Assembly (NCBI RefSeq): GCF_006345805.1
Contig: NW_021835428.1
Span: forward strand, 1 to 40,257
Length of the DNA: 40,257 nt
From: Octopus sinensis
Lineage: Eukaryota
Direction: 5' to 3'
In this document: positions 1-12,694 of the stretch, one piece after another
Layout: the number at the start of each line of letters is the position of its first letter
How positions within the stretch are numbered: position 1 is the stretch's first letter
Notes under the pieces: generated by a model
What the model was told of the DNA's origin: nothing
The model's input: only the letters and a program-made list of their open reading frames with translations
The model's database searches: none
Translations under genes and position numbers: made by a program

Positions 1-112
1 CACTCACAAGGCTTTGGTCGGCCCGGGGCTATAGCAGAAGACATTTGCCCAAGAACCCGGAACCATGTGGTTTGGTGAGCAAGCTACTTACCACATAGCC
101 ACTCCTACGCCT
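1..112 (-). mobile_element. SINE family A, 5' half (tRNA-like head), with internal ~19-bp deletion
   Basis: Reverse complement matches the head of the full copies at 16542 and 25647 (aggcgtaggagtggct..gtggtaagtagcttg..catggttccgggttc); lacks agtcccactgcgtggcacc. Confidence 0.85.
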
Positions 113-113
113 A

Positions 114-125
114 CATACATACATG

Positions 126-168
<43 letters not shown>

Positions 169-172
169 AGAT

Positions 173-206
<34 letters not shown>

Positions 207-716
207 AGCATCTATCTGTTCATCTATTTATTTATCTAGGTATCTATCTACATGTCTGTCTGTCTGTCTATCTGTATGCTTAAGTAAATATGTATATGTA
301 TCTCTTCAGTCATGGATCTATGTAATTGCAAGTTATATGTACGTGCGTATGTACATGCATACGTGTGTGTGTATGAATATATATATATGTATGTATATAT
401 GTATATGCATGTTTGTATGTATGTATGTATGTATGTATGTATGTATGTATGTATGTATGTATGTATGTATGTATACTTGCCTGCATGTATATTTGTGTGT
501 GTGTGCATGTATCTGTTTGTGTGTACACACACACACATACACACACACACACACACAAACACACACAAACACACATGCACACACATACGCACACAAGACC
601 TAGGTTTAACGAATTTAAGATTTATTAACGACGATGGTAATGATGACGACGATGATGACGACGACGATGATGATTATGATGACGATGACGACGACGACGA
701 CGACGACGCTGACGAC

Positions 717-752
<36 letters not shown>
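114..752. repeat. Compound microsatellite block: (TA)n, (TATG)n, (CA)n, (GAT/GAC)n
   Basis: Directly visible arrays at about 121-210, 415-476, 524-596 and 628-752. Confidence 0.95.
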
Positions 753-1240
753 ATATTGCCACTATGTATTCGCAATATAATACTCTTCAAATACAGCGTG
801 AAGAAAAGGAAGAAAAAGTGATATATGATATTTTATTAAAGTTCTATTATTGTATATTGTGCAGTAATGTTCGCTTTATTAAAGCACTTTCGCATTAAAG
901 ACGAATAGTTCTTTACCTTCAATTTAACGGTGTTTGAACTCTAACGGACACGTTTTTCCACCCCTTATTGGTCCGTTAAATATATAGGACATGTGTGTGT
1001 GTATATATATATAGTTATATTTATATAATACAAAATACACAGATATATCTTGAGATTGCTAGTAATAACAATACTCAAATATAATACAGAATGGCGTGTA
1101 GTGCTCCAAATGAGCTATATGCCGCTTCTTAATTTGAGCGGAGGCAATGCGACCAGGAACTAAAGGAACATTACTAAGATCCACACTGAATCTTAAATAT
1201 TTATATATATTATACGATTTTTATCTACTTATATATATTA

Positions 1241-1636
1241 CTAGCAGTATCGCCCGGCGTAGCTCGGGTTTGTAAGGGAAATAACTATATAAGCATTTTT
1301 AGAGAGTTATAGCCAAAAATAGCAAAAAAATGCATTAAAAATGGGAAAAAAAATTATGGGAAATTTTTTTTTAAATCGTTGACTCATCGTAGACATTTTT
1401 AGGAGTTACTTCCTTTATATAATAGCGAAAAATGCATTAAAATGGAAAAAAATGATGGTAAATTTTTTTTTAAATCGTAGACTCATCGTAGACGCGCGCT
1501 AATACCCAGAAGGGCTCGATATGAATCACGACTATAAGATACCCGGTTTTGGTTAAACTGCACCGCAAAATGTGGGAGTAGTTAGGAATCTAAATCGTAG
1601 GAGACAGACACACAACTTCACTTTTATATATAAAGA
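1241..1636 (-). mobile_element. Non-autonomous Helitron, family H1, copy 1
   Basis: Minus strand starts TC(tttatatataaaag) and ends CTAG, with subterminal hairpin cccg-agctacgc-cggg about 12 nt before the end. Near-identical to the copies at 19332, 24567 and 27574. Internal ~95-bp tandem duplication. Confidence 0.85.
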
Positions 1637-1814
1637 CTATATTTATACATGTCGAATTTTATATCTGTTCTGTAGATATAATTGAATATGTGAATATATG
1701 TATGTATTTGATCTTTGAGTGTGGGTCTTAATAATGTTCCTTTAGTTCCTGTTTGCATAGCCACTCCTAAGCCAATAAATTTAATTTTGGCAGGGTTTGA
1801 ACACAGAAAATAAA

Positions 1815-2065
1815 GAGCAAGAACAAATACCACAAAGCATTAATGATACATTGGTACCAAATTTTGGCGCAAGGCCAATAATTTCGGGGAATGACTAAGT
1901 CAATTACATCGACCTCAGTGTTCAACTGGTTCATAGTTTATCGACGCAGAAAGGATGAAAGGAAAAGTCGATTTCGGCAGATTTTGAACTCAATGTAAAG
2001 ACGGGCGAAATACCGCAAAGTATTTTGCCCGATGCGCTAACGATTCTGCCAGATAACTGCCTTGT
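1815..2065 (-). mobile_element. SINE family E (degenerate)
   Basis: Shares cgaaaggatgaaaggcaaagtcgacctcggcggaatttgaac core and ctggcagaatcgttagc head with the copies at 3.1, 30.4-32.2 and 33.4 kb. Confidence 0.8.
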
Positions 2066-2100
2066 AATAACCTATATATTAATCTCTTTGTTTGTTCCTT

Positions 2101-2370
2101 CTGGAGCCATGCCTAGCTCATAAGGGCCAGTTTCCCGGTTTCCTTGGTGTATAGGTTCCCCACCTGGACGAGATGCCAGTCCGTCGCAGGTGAGCTGCAA
2201 GATGCAGGAGAAAGAGTGAGAGAAAGTTGTGGCGAAAGAGTCAGCAGAAGTTCGCCATTACCTTCTACCGGAGCCGCGTGGAGCTTAGGTGTTTCGCTCA
2301 TAAACATACACATCGTCCGGCCTGAGATTAGCGAATCCGCTACTCTAACCACTAGGCCATGTGCTTCCAC
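2101..2370 (-). mobile_element. Chimeric SINE (family C body plus family B tail)
   Basis: Head gtggaagcacatggcctagtggttagag; body ctccacgcggctccgg as in 7989; tail gaaaccgggaaactggccc as in 5321. Confidence 0.7.
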
Positions 2371-2767
2371 ATTAATCTCTTTACTGGTACAATAATATCT
2401 TCTTTCTTATATACTTTTCCTATCAAGCATCAGAAGCTTCTCTTTACAATGAAAGGAACAGTTTTAATTAATTTAAATGAAATAACTTGGTCAGGAAATA
2501 TAATTTTGATCACAGACAAATGCAGTAAGGTGCCATTAATACGGTAGCAAATTAACAGATTTGCAAGTAAATATTTTTATATATAAATAATGATATGATT
2601 ATATGAATGTTTTAATATAAACAGTATTTTATCCATTTAGCCTATAATCGAACTGGTTGTTAGTTTAACATGTATGCAAAGTTTCGTCAAGAATGGTTCA
2701 CTAGTGTAGGTTGCAAGATGGTAACAGACAGAAATTGCCATTTATATAAATATATGTTATTTTATTT

Positions 2768-3059
2768 ATGCGCCCTTTTCAAGCGTAGCCAGGCTCATGG
2801 GCCCGGTCTCCCGGTTTTAATGGCGTATGTGTTCCCCCCAGCTGTCCATCGCAGCGTTACTCAAGAAACAGGAAGAAATAGTGAGAGAAAGTTGTGGCGA
2901 AAAAGTACAACAGGGGTGGCCACCACCCCCTGACGGAGCCTCGTGGAGCTTTAGGTGTTTTCACTCACTAAACACACACAACGAGCAGTCTGGGAATCGA
3001 AACCGCGATCCTCCGACCGCGAGTCCGCTGCCCTAACCAATGGGTCATTGCACCTCCAC
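2768..3059 (-). mobile_element. Chimeric SINE (family C head and body plus family B tail)
   Basis: Head and body match 7989-8190; the 3' part matches 5470-5570 (gaaaccgggcccatgagcctggct..aaaagggcgcat). Confidence 0.8.
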
Positions 3060-3129
3060 ATATAAAGATATATATAAACAAAACTTATATTACATCGAGC
3101 TGTTTCTAATTCATATTTGAATATATATT

Positions 3130-3330
3130 ATTTTCTACTCAAAGCACAAGGCCCGAAATTTCAAGGCCTGAGATTAACCCCAGTACGCAACTAGTACTTA
3201 ATTTATCGACCCCGAAAGGATGAAAGGCAAGGTCAACCTAGGCGGAATTTGAACTCAGAACGTAGCGGCAGACGAAATACCACTAAGCATTTCGCCCGGC
3301 GTGCTAACGTTCCTGCCAGTTCGCCGCCTT
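3130..3330 (-). mobile_element. SINE family E
   Basis: ggcgaactggcaggaacgttagcacgccgggcgaaatgcttag head plus family E core. Confidence 0.85.
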
Positions 3331-4280
3331 AATATTTGAATATATATATATATATATATATACATATACACACACACACACACACAGGTGTAGAAAGGCA
3401 GATATACACAATAGTATGTACACAAAAGGGTGAAAAGGGTGTAATAACATGGTTTCTAATAAAGATGCAAAGTAAGTAGTTAACGAAAATACTGATACAT
3501 TTTTAACTTGAGAAAAGTCTTGCATATTTTTACTGTTCCACTTACAGATAGTATTTGTAATGTGTAAGTTACTTGGTTGATTTCTTTTTCTCAAAATCAA
3601 AGTTGATCCAAACTGTCAGTTAAACATTTACTCACAAACAAAGTTGCACGAATTGTTATTCTTATAAATGTAAATTTGTGATCTGTGTATGGAAGCTGGA
3701 GATTTCGAAGCAGTTGTCCAGATTTATCTTATGTCTCTTTAGTTTTCAAACAGATATTCACTTCAAGAGGACGCCTGACCTCTCTAACAGCACATACTTT
3801 TAGTTGTCAATCCTAAACCCGGTCTGTTATGCTTACACTCGACATATGTTTTCATGGGAATGTTCAGCTGGTATTCCGTGCGTTGATATTTGTGTATATA
3901 CGTATGCTCTGCCTCAAAGACAGATTAAAGATTAAAAGGATATCGTTTCTCCTTTTTCTTTCTCTATCGATACATATATATCGGTATCTTTACTGATGTG
4001 GGAGTGAATGAGTATGTATTCGTATTGACGTCATTCATAAATTTTTCCGTTTCATGAATGGCCGAAAATTACATTACCACATTGATACAGCAATCAACAT
4101 TTTTTTTAGTGTTCAGAGCTCCAGGAACAAGAAATGAACTGAAGGTTATTTTAAGCAAAAGGACATGAGCTTAAGAGTACATTAGTCGGAACATTTTGCT
4201 CTATAATGTTCCTTATTCGCTAAAATCGCCGAATATGCAAACAGATTTCGAATTATAGTATGTGCATTCATTCAAACGCG

Positions 4281-4301
4281 CATATATATATATAATGTAT
4301 A

Positions 4302-4339
<38 letters not shown>

Positions 4340-4345
4340 ATATAT

Positions 4346-4413
<68 letters not shown>

Positions 4414-4420
4414 TATATAT
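4281..4420. repeat. (TA)n microsatellite
   Basis: Directly visible. Confidence 0.95.
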
Positions 4421-4805
4421 AGTGTACAGAATACTATTATGGTATCAATAATAAGGTTAATTAGAAGAAATGAAGTAATTGTTCCTTAACTTATTTATAT
4501 ACATGTACTGGGAGTCTTCAAATTTCTAAAGAAATGAAATAGAAAGGAATAAAACAAAATAAAATAGAATAAAACAAAAAATAACATGAAGATGGATGTT
4601 TCGCTTATTACATTTGAGATAACTTGGATGCAATAACGTAAATATTCTATTTTATTTTATTTTATTTTATTTATTTTAATTTATTTTCTTTCCTTCCATT
4701 TCATTTCATTTTCTTGGCGAATTTAAATAATCTCTGTATCTGTATATAAGTATATTAAAGAACAATTCCTTCATTTCTACTGGCTACACGCATACACATA
4801 CACAT

Positions 4806-5110
4806 GCACACGCGCACGCACACACATATACATATATTGTACATATATATATATATATACATAATACATATATATATACATATATTGTACATATACATAT
4901 ATATATACATATATTGTACATATACATATATACATATATTGTACATATACATATATATATATACATATATTGTACATATACATATATATATACATATTGT
5001 ACACATACATATATATATACATATATTGTACATATACATATATATATACATATATGTACATATACATATATATATACATATATTGTACATATACATATAC
5101 ATATATATAT
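4806..5110. repeat. Microsatellite-derived minisatellite, ~24-31-bp unit (atattgtacatatacatatatatatac)
   Basis: Anchor motif tattgtac/tatgtac recurs about 9 times with variable TA spacer. Confidence 0.85.
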
Positions 5111-5320
5111 AATATACTATATATATATAATATATATATATATATATTATATAATAAGTGCGTGTGTGTGTGGTGTATATATTTATATATATATATACAT
5201 ATATATGAATTTGCATAGATAGATATATGTATATATGAACATATATGTGTATGTATATTTATGTATGTATATGTATGTGTATGTGTGTGTGTGTGTGCGT
5301 GTGTGTATGTGTGTGTGTGT

Positions 5321-5570
5321 GTGGAGGCGCGTGGCTTAATGGTTAGGGGGGCAGCATCATGATCGTAAGATTGTGGTTTCGATTCCTGGACCGGTCGACG
5401 CGTTGTGTTCTTGAGCAAAACACTTCATTTCACGTTGCCCCAGTCCACTCAGCTGGCAAAAGTGAGTAACGCTGCGATGGACTGGCGTCCCGTCCAGCTG
5501 GGGAACACATACGTCATAGAAACCGGGAAACCGGGCCCATGAGCCTGGCTAGGCTTTAAAAGGGCGCATT
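5321..5570 (+). mobile_element. SINE family B (tRNA-like head, CORE-like box, tail)
   Basis: A-box-like tggcttaatggtt, B-box-like ggtttcgattcc, then tgtgttcttgagcaaaacactt resembling the CORE-SINE box; T-rich end. Confidence 0.85.
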
Positions 5571-5585
5571 TATTTTTTATTTTTT

Positions 5586-5625
<40 letters not shown>

Positions 5626-5869
5626 CATACACACTCATATACATACGCATACACTCACAGACATACATATATGTACGTGTGTTCGTGCGTGTGTGTGTGT
5701 ATGGATATATTTACATAGATGTATGTGCGTGTGTATGTTTGAATGTATGTGTATATATGTGTGTGTGTATGTGTGCATGTGTATGTGTTGTGCGTGTGTG
5801 CGTGTGTGCATGCGTGCGTATGTGCGTGCGTGTGTGCGTATAGAGCGAGAGAGGGAGAGAACTAGTGAA

Positions 5870-6056
5870 GACTGCGGCCATGCTGGAGCACCGCCTTTAG
5901 TCGAGCAAATCGACCCCAGGACTTATTCTTTGTAAGCCTAATACTTATTCTATCGGTCTCTTTTGCGGAACCGCTAACTTACGGGGACGTAAACACACCA
6001 GCATCGGTTGCCAAGCGATGTTGTGAGGGACAAACACAGACACACAAACATATATA
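5870..6056 (-). mobile_element. SINE family A, 3' half
   Basis: Reverse complement of catcgcttgacaaccgatgctggtgtgtttacgtcccc..ggcggtgctccagcatggccgcagtc. Confidence 0.9.
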
Positions 6057-6209
6057 CACACACATACATAAATATGATGTTACTATAACTAGTTAATACT
6101 TTTCTATTGAAGTGTTTTTATAACTTTGGTATCTTTGTAAAAACTTGTATAACATGACATGTCTCCCCAACACCACCACCACCTTTACTTATCCAGCAGG
6201 GTTACTTTG

Positions 6210-7330
6210 AACGCCGGCAGTAAGCAAACTGCGACCACCCAGTTGGTCAGGAAATATAATTTCGGGGAATGGCTAAGTCAACTACATCGACCTCAGTGTT
6301 CAACTGCCGCTACGTTCTGAGTTCAAATTCTGCCGAGGTTGACTTTGCCTTTCATCCTTTCGGGGTCGATAAATTAAGTACTAGTTGCGTACTGGGGTTA
6401 ATCTCAGGTCTTGAAATTTCGGGCCTTGTGCTTTGAGTAGAAAATAATATATATTCAAATATGAATTAGAAACAGCTCGATGTAATATAACGCCGACAGT
6501 AAGCAAACTGCGACCACCCAGTTCCATATATATATGCTTCAACCACTTGAGGTGACATCCTATAGGCCTCTTTAAAATGTTGGAGAAAAATCTTAAATGA
6601 TTAGAAGGTTTATGGCAGGAAGAGCTCAAAGACCTTAACTAAAGATGCTTTTCCTGCTCTGCTTACACAGCTTCATGCTGCTTTCTTACACTCACAACAA
6701 GAATGTGGAAAGTGGGTTCATGAAATGTGGAATTCACCCTTTTCGTCCGGACAAAGTTTTGGATCAGCTACCAGACCGTGAGGTGAGCAAAGAAGACGAT
6801 AAAATCATCAGTGTAAGAGTTTTGGATGTTGTGTTGGGGACGCTAAAGTCAATGAGAGGAGTGGATGAGAGCAGACCAAAGAAGAGACGAAAGAAGTTGA
6901 ACGTTACCCCTGGCAAACGTATAAATGCTAAGGACATGAGTGCTTCAACAGTTATAGAGAAGCATGGAGAAAGAGCAGCAATTAGAATTAGCAAGATGAA
7001 GAGCTAAACTCTGTGGATAGTGATGTTTCTATGAATGAATGTGACAGGCACGCCGGTACTTCAGACATGGCAAGAGCAGAAAACACAGAAAGATGAAGAA
7101 GTTTTGCTGGAAATTTTATCATTGTGAGGCATGAAAAGCAAACATTTCCCGGTCAAGTGATTTCAACGGGAAGTGATGGTGCACTTGTGTCATCATTGGC
7201 AAAATGTAAAAAGATAGGGTGGAGGTGGCCACGACTGGGAAGACGTGGTAGAATTGTAAACAAAAAGGACTCCACTGAACAGCAGGGGTTTCTATCGATT
7301 CCCTGACCTTGAACAAGAATGGGGAATATA
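6210..7330 (+). pseudogene. Decayed pogo/Tigger-type (DDE_1) transposase, interrupted by the insertion at 6245-6488
   Basis: Conceptual translation with frameshifts gives LRPPSS..MLQPLEV..RPLK..WRKIL (DDE_1 LPPxxTHxLQPLDV-type motif), SGFMKCGIHPF, KKRRKKLNVTPGK and a C-terminal FPGQVI..DGALVSSL..GWRWP. Confidence 0.7.
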
Positions 7331-7510
7331 AAATGTGACTTACAGATAACTGTGATATTTTCTTTAGTGCTACAACACTTAAAGCTGTTAATTGACTTTT
7401 CTTTTGTATTTGTCAATAAAAAAACATTTTTATAACATTTTTAGATAGATATACACACACACATATATATGGATGTGAAATATCGAAGTTTTAATTCATC
7501 ATTTAATAAA

Positions 7511-7842
7511 GACCCCCTTCGGTCATGAATGGCCATGGGATTGCACCTAGAAAGTTACCCTCCTAGACACAAGTCCGGGCAAGCTTGTTTATGGAAGACC
7601 AGCAGTCGCCCATGCATACCAGCCTCCCCTCTCCACGCCACCAGTGTTATCCAAGGGAAAGACAAAGGTCGATACAGCTTGGCACCTGTGACGTCGCAAC
7701 TCATTTCTACACCTGAGTGAACTGGAACAACGTGAAATAAAGTGCTTTGCTCAAGAACACAACACGCAGCCCGGTCCGGGATTCGAGCTCACAACCTCAC
7801 GATCGTAAGCTCGACGCTCTAACCACTGAGCCATGCGCCTTC
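7511..7842 (-). mobile_element. SINE family F, full length
   Basis: gaaggcgcatggctcagtggttagagcgtcg head, gttcgaatccc-type B box, CORE-like box, tail ctaggtgcaatcccatggcc; second copy at 34001. Confidence 0.9.
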
Positions 7843-7988
7843 ACATCGTTTAATAGACCGCATATATTATTAGGGAGAAAATATCGAACACGATGGCCCG
7901 ATTGCGAGAGACCAAGAAAGAAAACGCGTTTTTCAAGCCATGAGAAACAACAGACAAACTTCATTCATGATGTCATTATATAGTCTCA

Positions 7989-8370
7989 GTGGAGGCGCAA
8001 TGGCCCAGTGGTTAGGGCAGCGGACTCGCGGTCGGAGGATCGCGGTTTCGATTCCCAGACCGGGCATTGTGAGTGTTTATTGAGCGGAAACACCTAAAGA
8101 TCCACGAGGCTCCGGCAGGGGGTGGTGGTGAACCCTGCTGTACTCTTTCACTACAACTTTCTCTCGCTCTTTCTTCCTGTTTCTCTTGTACCTGTATTTC
8201 AAAGGGCCAGCCTTGTCACACTCTGTGTCACGCTGAATCTCCTCGAGAACTACGTTAAGGGTGCACGTGTCTGTGGAGTGCTCAGCCACTTGCACGTTTA
8301 TATCACGAGCAAGCTGTTCCGTTGATCGTATCAGCTGGGACCCTCATCGTCGCAACCGATGGAGTGCTCC
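7989..8370 (+). mobile_element. SINE family C, full length
   Basis: tggcccagtggttagg A box, ggtttcgattccc B box; second copy at 10982. Confidence 0.9.
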
Positions 8371-9177
8371 TATATAGTGTGTGTGTGACTATTTCACAGA
8401 GAAATTTTTTCTACAAGATTGATGAGTGTGAGGTGACGTAGTTTTCAGCTCTTAGCGTTTAACGAAGATAGTTGCTGCTGCAGCATCTCACTGCTGCCGT
8501 GTGTAGCCGCCAAAACAAACACGTAAAAATCGAAATACGACTGATGTGAAAAAATTCGATGCTTCGTTGCGTATTTTCCTGTCTTCTCTTTGCTGCTGTG
8601 ATGACTCATATATTAATGTTAACTGATTACCAATCAGGAACTTTAAATGATCTGTTTAATGCCGATGTCTTCAGTTAATTTTGATGCGAGTTCGAAAGAC
8701 TTAATGAACGGCTCTGTGATGACGTCCTCAGTCAATTTGACGGGCATAAAAAAGACTTTGGTGGTCAGCTTTTTGTTGATGTCACCAATCAGTTTGATGT
8801 GTCTAGATGTTAATAAGAATTTCCTGATTCGAAATAATTAGTCTTTGGTTTCAGTTTTTGCAGAGACCCAGTAAATGTAAACACACTTGTGCGCGCGCAC
8901 ACAGACATACACGAGCGCACAGACATACACGCATGCGCACACACACACGTATCAATCTATCTGTCTATCTATCTATCTAATCCGTCTGTCTGGTTGTATG
9001 TATGTATTTATGCATGTATGTATGTATGTATGTATGTATTATATGGTTCAAAAATATACCAAAAATTTACTAAATTCACAGACAGATGAAAGAACGACAG
9101 TGTATATTAGTTTAACGCTGAGCAAAAATGAAAGAAGTTTTATTAAATTTCGAACACACACGCACGCACATACGTAT

Positions 9178-10598
<1,421 letters not shown>

Positions 10599-10608
10599 GT
10601 AGATAGAT

Positions 10609-10663
<55 letters not shown>

Positions 10664-10768
10664 CATACATACATACATACTACATACATACATACATGCA
10701 TACATACATACATACATACAAATATGCATGCATACATACATACATACATACATACATACATACATACA

Positions 10769-10799
<31 letters not shown>

Positions 10800-10800
10800 G
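10599..10800. repeat. (GATA)n then (CATA)n microsatellite
   Basis: Directly visible; (GATA)n to about 10663. Confidence 0.95.
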
Positions 10801-10981
10801 TAATTGTAATATCCACGGATCTAAGTATAGGAAGTTAATCTTCGAGCATTCCGTGTTAGGAATAAAAAAAACTTCCAGGAACAATAATAGTTTATTAAAG
10901 CAGAAGGTTCTAGGCTTTTCCCATGTCGAAGTTCGATAAGCTGAAAACAGTTCTTTTTTACTTCACGGTTAGCAAATGGAT

Positions 10982-11376
10982 GGAAGCATTCTGTCGGTTA
11001 CGACGACGAGGGTGCCGGTTGATCCGAATCAACGGAACAGCCTGCTCGTGAAATTAACGTGTAAGTGGCTGAGCACTCCACAGACACGTATACCCATAAC
11101 GTAGTATCTTGGGGATATTCAGCGTGACACAGAGAGTGACAAGGCCGGTCCTTTGAAATACAGGTACAACAGAAACAGGAAGTAAGAGTGAGAGAAAGTG
11201 AAAGAGTACAGCAGGGATCACCACCATCCCCTGCCGGAGCCTCGTGGAGCTTTAGGTGTTTTCGCTCAATAAACACTCACAACGCCCGGTCTGGGAATCG
11301 AAATCACAGTCTTATGATTCCGGTACAGGAAACCACAATCCAACACCCACCTAACCACTAAGTCATATGGCTCCAC
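10982..11376 (-). mobile_element. SINE family C, degraded head
   Basis: Reverse complement aligns to 7989-8370. Confidence 0.85.
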
Positions 11377-11643
11377 AATGCATACATATACATTCGCACA
11401 ACACACAATATAAAGTCTTGCGGTATAAAGCTTTTAGAATCTTCCGATAGATATGAAATAAATTATTTTTAATGGTGGAAGTCAAAGTAGGCAAAGCTAT
11501 AAATTACAGCGTATAAAGCATTGGTTTAAAAACCTCTACTTCTTATCATTCGAACTTTCTCAATTCTTCTCGTGTAAACATCTTACAGTTCACGCTGGCA
11601 ATTACTGAGCTTCTAAAATGGATGGAGAATATTCGAGTTATTA

Positions 11644-11710
11644 TCCCGGTATAATGGTTAGTAGGTCTGACATGTTCACAATAAACTTGGGTTCGAGTTC
11701 CACGGACAGC
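11644..11710 (+). pseudogene. Isolated degenerate tRNA-like sequence (tRNA pseudogene or orphan SINE head)
   Basis: A-box-like ggtataatggttag and B-box-like gggttcgagttcc at tRNA spacing; ttcac loop reminiscent of tRNA-Glu(TTC); cloverleaf stems do not pair well. Confidence 0.3.
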
Positions 11711-11752
11711 CTTCGACTTTTTCCTATCCAATAGAGGGGTATATGTTATTAA

Positions 11753-11880
11753 GGCGTCGAGATGGCAGAATCGTTAGCACGCCGGGTGAAATGCTTAGCA
11801 ATATTTCGCCCGTCGCAGCGTTCTGAATTCAAATTCCGTCGAGGTCGACTTTACTTTTCATCCTTTCGGGGTCGATAAAA
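11753..11880 (+). mobile_element. SINE family E, 3'-truncated
   Basis: ggcgtcgagatggcagaatcgttagcacgccggg head plus core. Confidence 0.85.
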
Positions 11881-11889
11881 TAGCCCAAT

Positions 11890-12290
11890 GTTATACATAC
11901 TTTTATTTATAGTTTCCTCCGCTTCGAATTCGACCAGTAAAATCAATTTTCTACAAAATATAAAATTAGTCTTGACAGAGGCTTTGAGTTTCGCCAAACA
12001 GCTTATTCAGGTACTGGAGTTCAATAAGCCTCTAATAAACTTAATGTCCTGAATTTGACTCTAGTTTCAGTATTGAGGCCATTCATCAGAAAATGGGTTC
12101 GAAATTCCACCAGAACACCTGATAAAAGCTGGAGAGTACATCAGCCGAAATGTTGTGATAACAACAAACAAGGTGAGGACATCTATCCGTCCATTGTAAA
12201 CAATGTACATAATTCCTCATCTCAAAAATAGTGAACAGTATTATGCTCCGTTGTTATTTTAAAACTTGTTTTAGAATAAGGAGCTCAGTC
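11890..12290. mobile_element. Probable Penelope-like element (PLE) terminal-repeat remnant with degenerate hammerhead motifs on both strands
   Basis: Plus strand aacac-CTGATAA-aagctg..cagcc-GAAA-tgtt-gtgat (12114-12159); minus strand ttt-CTGATGA..GAAAC-taga-GTC-aaa (12092-12054). Confidence 0.45.
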
Positions 12291-12357
12291 TATCCACACA
12301 CACATATGCATACATAAACATATACATACATATACATATATATATATACAAACCGTT

Positions 12358-12422
12358 TCATAAGGCCTGGTTTCCCGGTTTCATGGCGTATAGATTCCTC
12401 ATCTGGATAGGACGCCGGTTCA
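12358..12422 (-). mobile_element. SINE family B tail fragment
   Basis: ggcctggtttcccggtttcatggcgtat matches the reverse complement of the family B tail. Confidence 0.6.
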
Positions 12423-12464
12423 CCATTTGGCTATGTGTGTGTGTGTGTGTGTGTTGTATATGTA

Positions 12465-12663
12465 CCTTATTCCTGTTCGTCGGACAGTTTTGGTTGTGAA
12501 ACCAAAACCGTCCAACGAATGAGAACGTGAAACTCTGAGTAACAGTTTTTGTGATGCCTTTGCAGCTTCATTAATAAAATATATTACTCTACTTCCGGTA
12601 TTCGAGTACTACTTTTTTCCATCTTGTTTCACATTTATGTACTTTCTCTGGTATACATACGCG

Positions 12664-12694
<31 letters not shown>

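Noticed and set aside
29-821. ORFs with YI/MYVC/HT runs and poly-Asp (also at 4.8, 15.7, 18.0, 19.1, 26.1, 33.7, 34.3-35.5 and 39.7 kb)
   Set aside because: Translations of stop-free microsatellites; no protein-like sequence outside the repeats.
5321-5395. tRNA genes at SINE heads
   Set aside because: A and B boxes are present but there is no complete cloverleaf, and each runs into a repeated SINE body.
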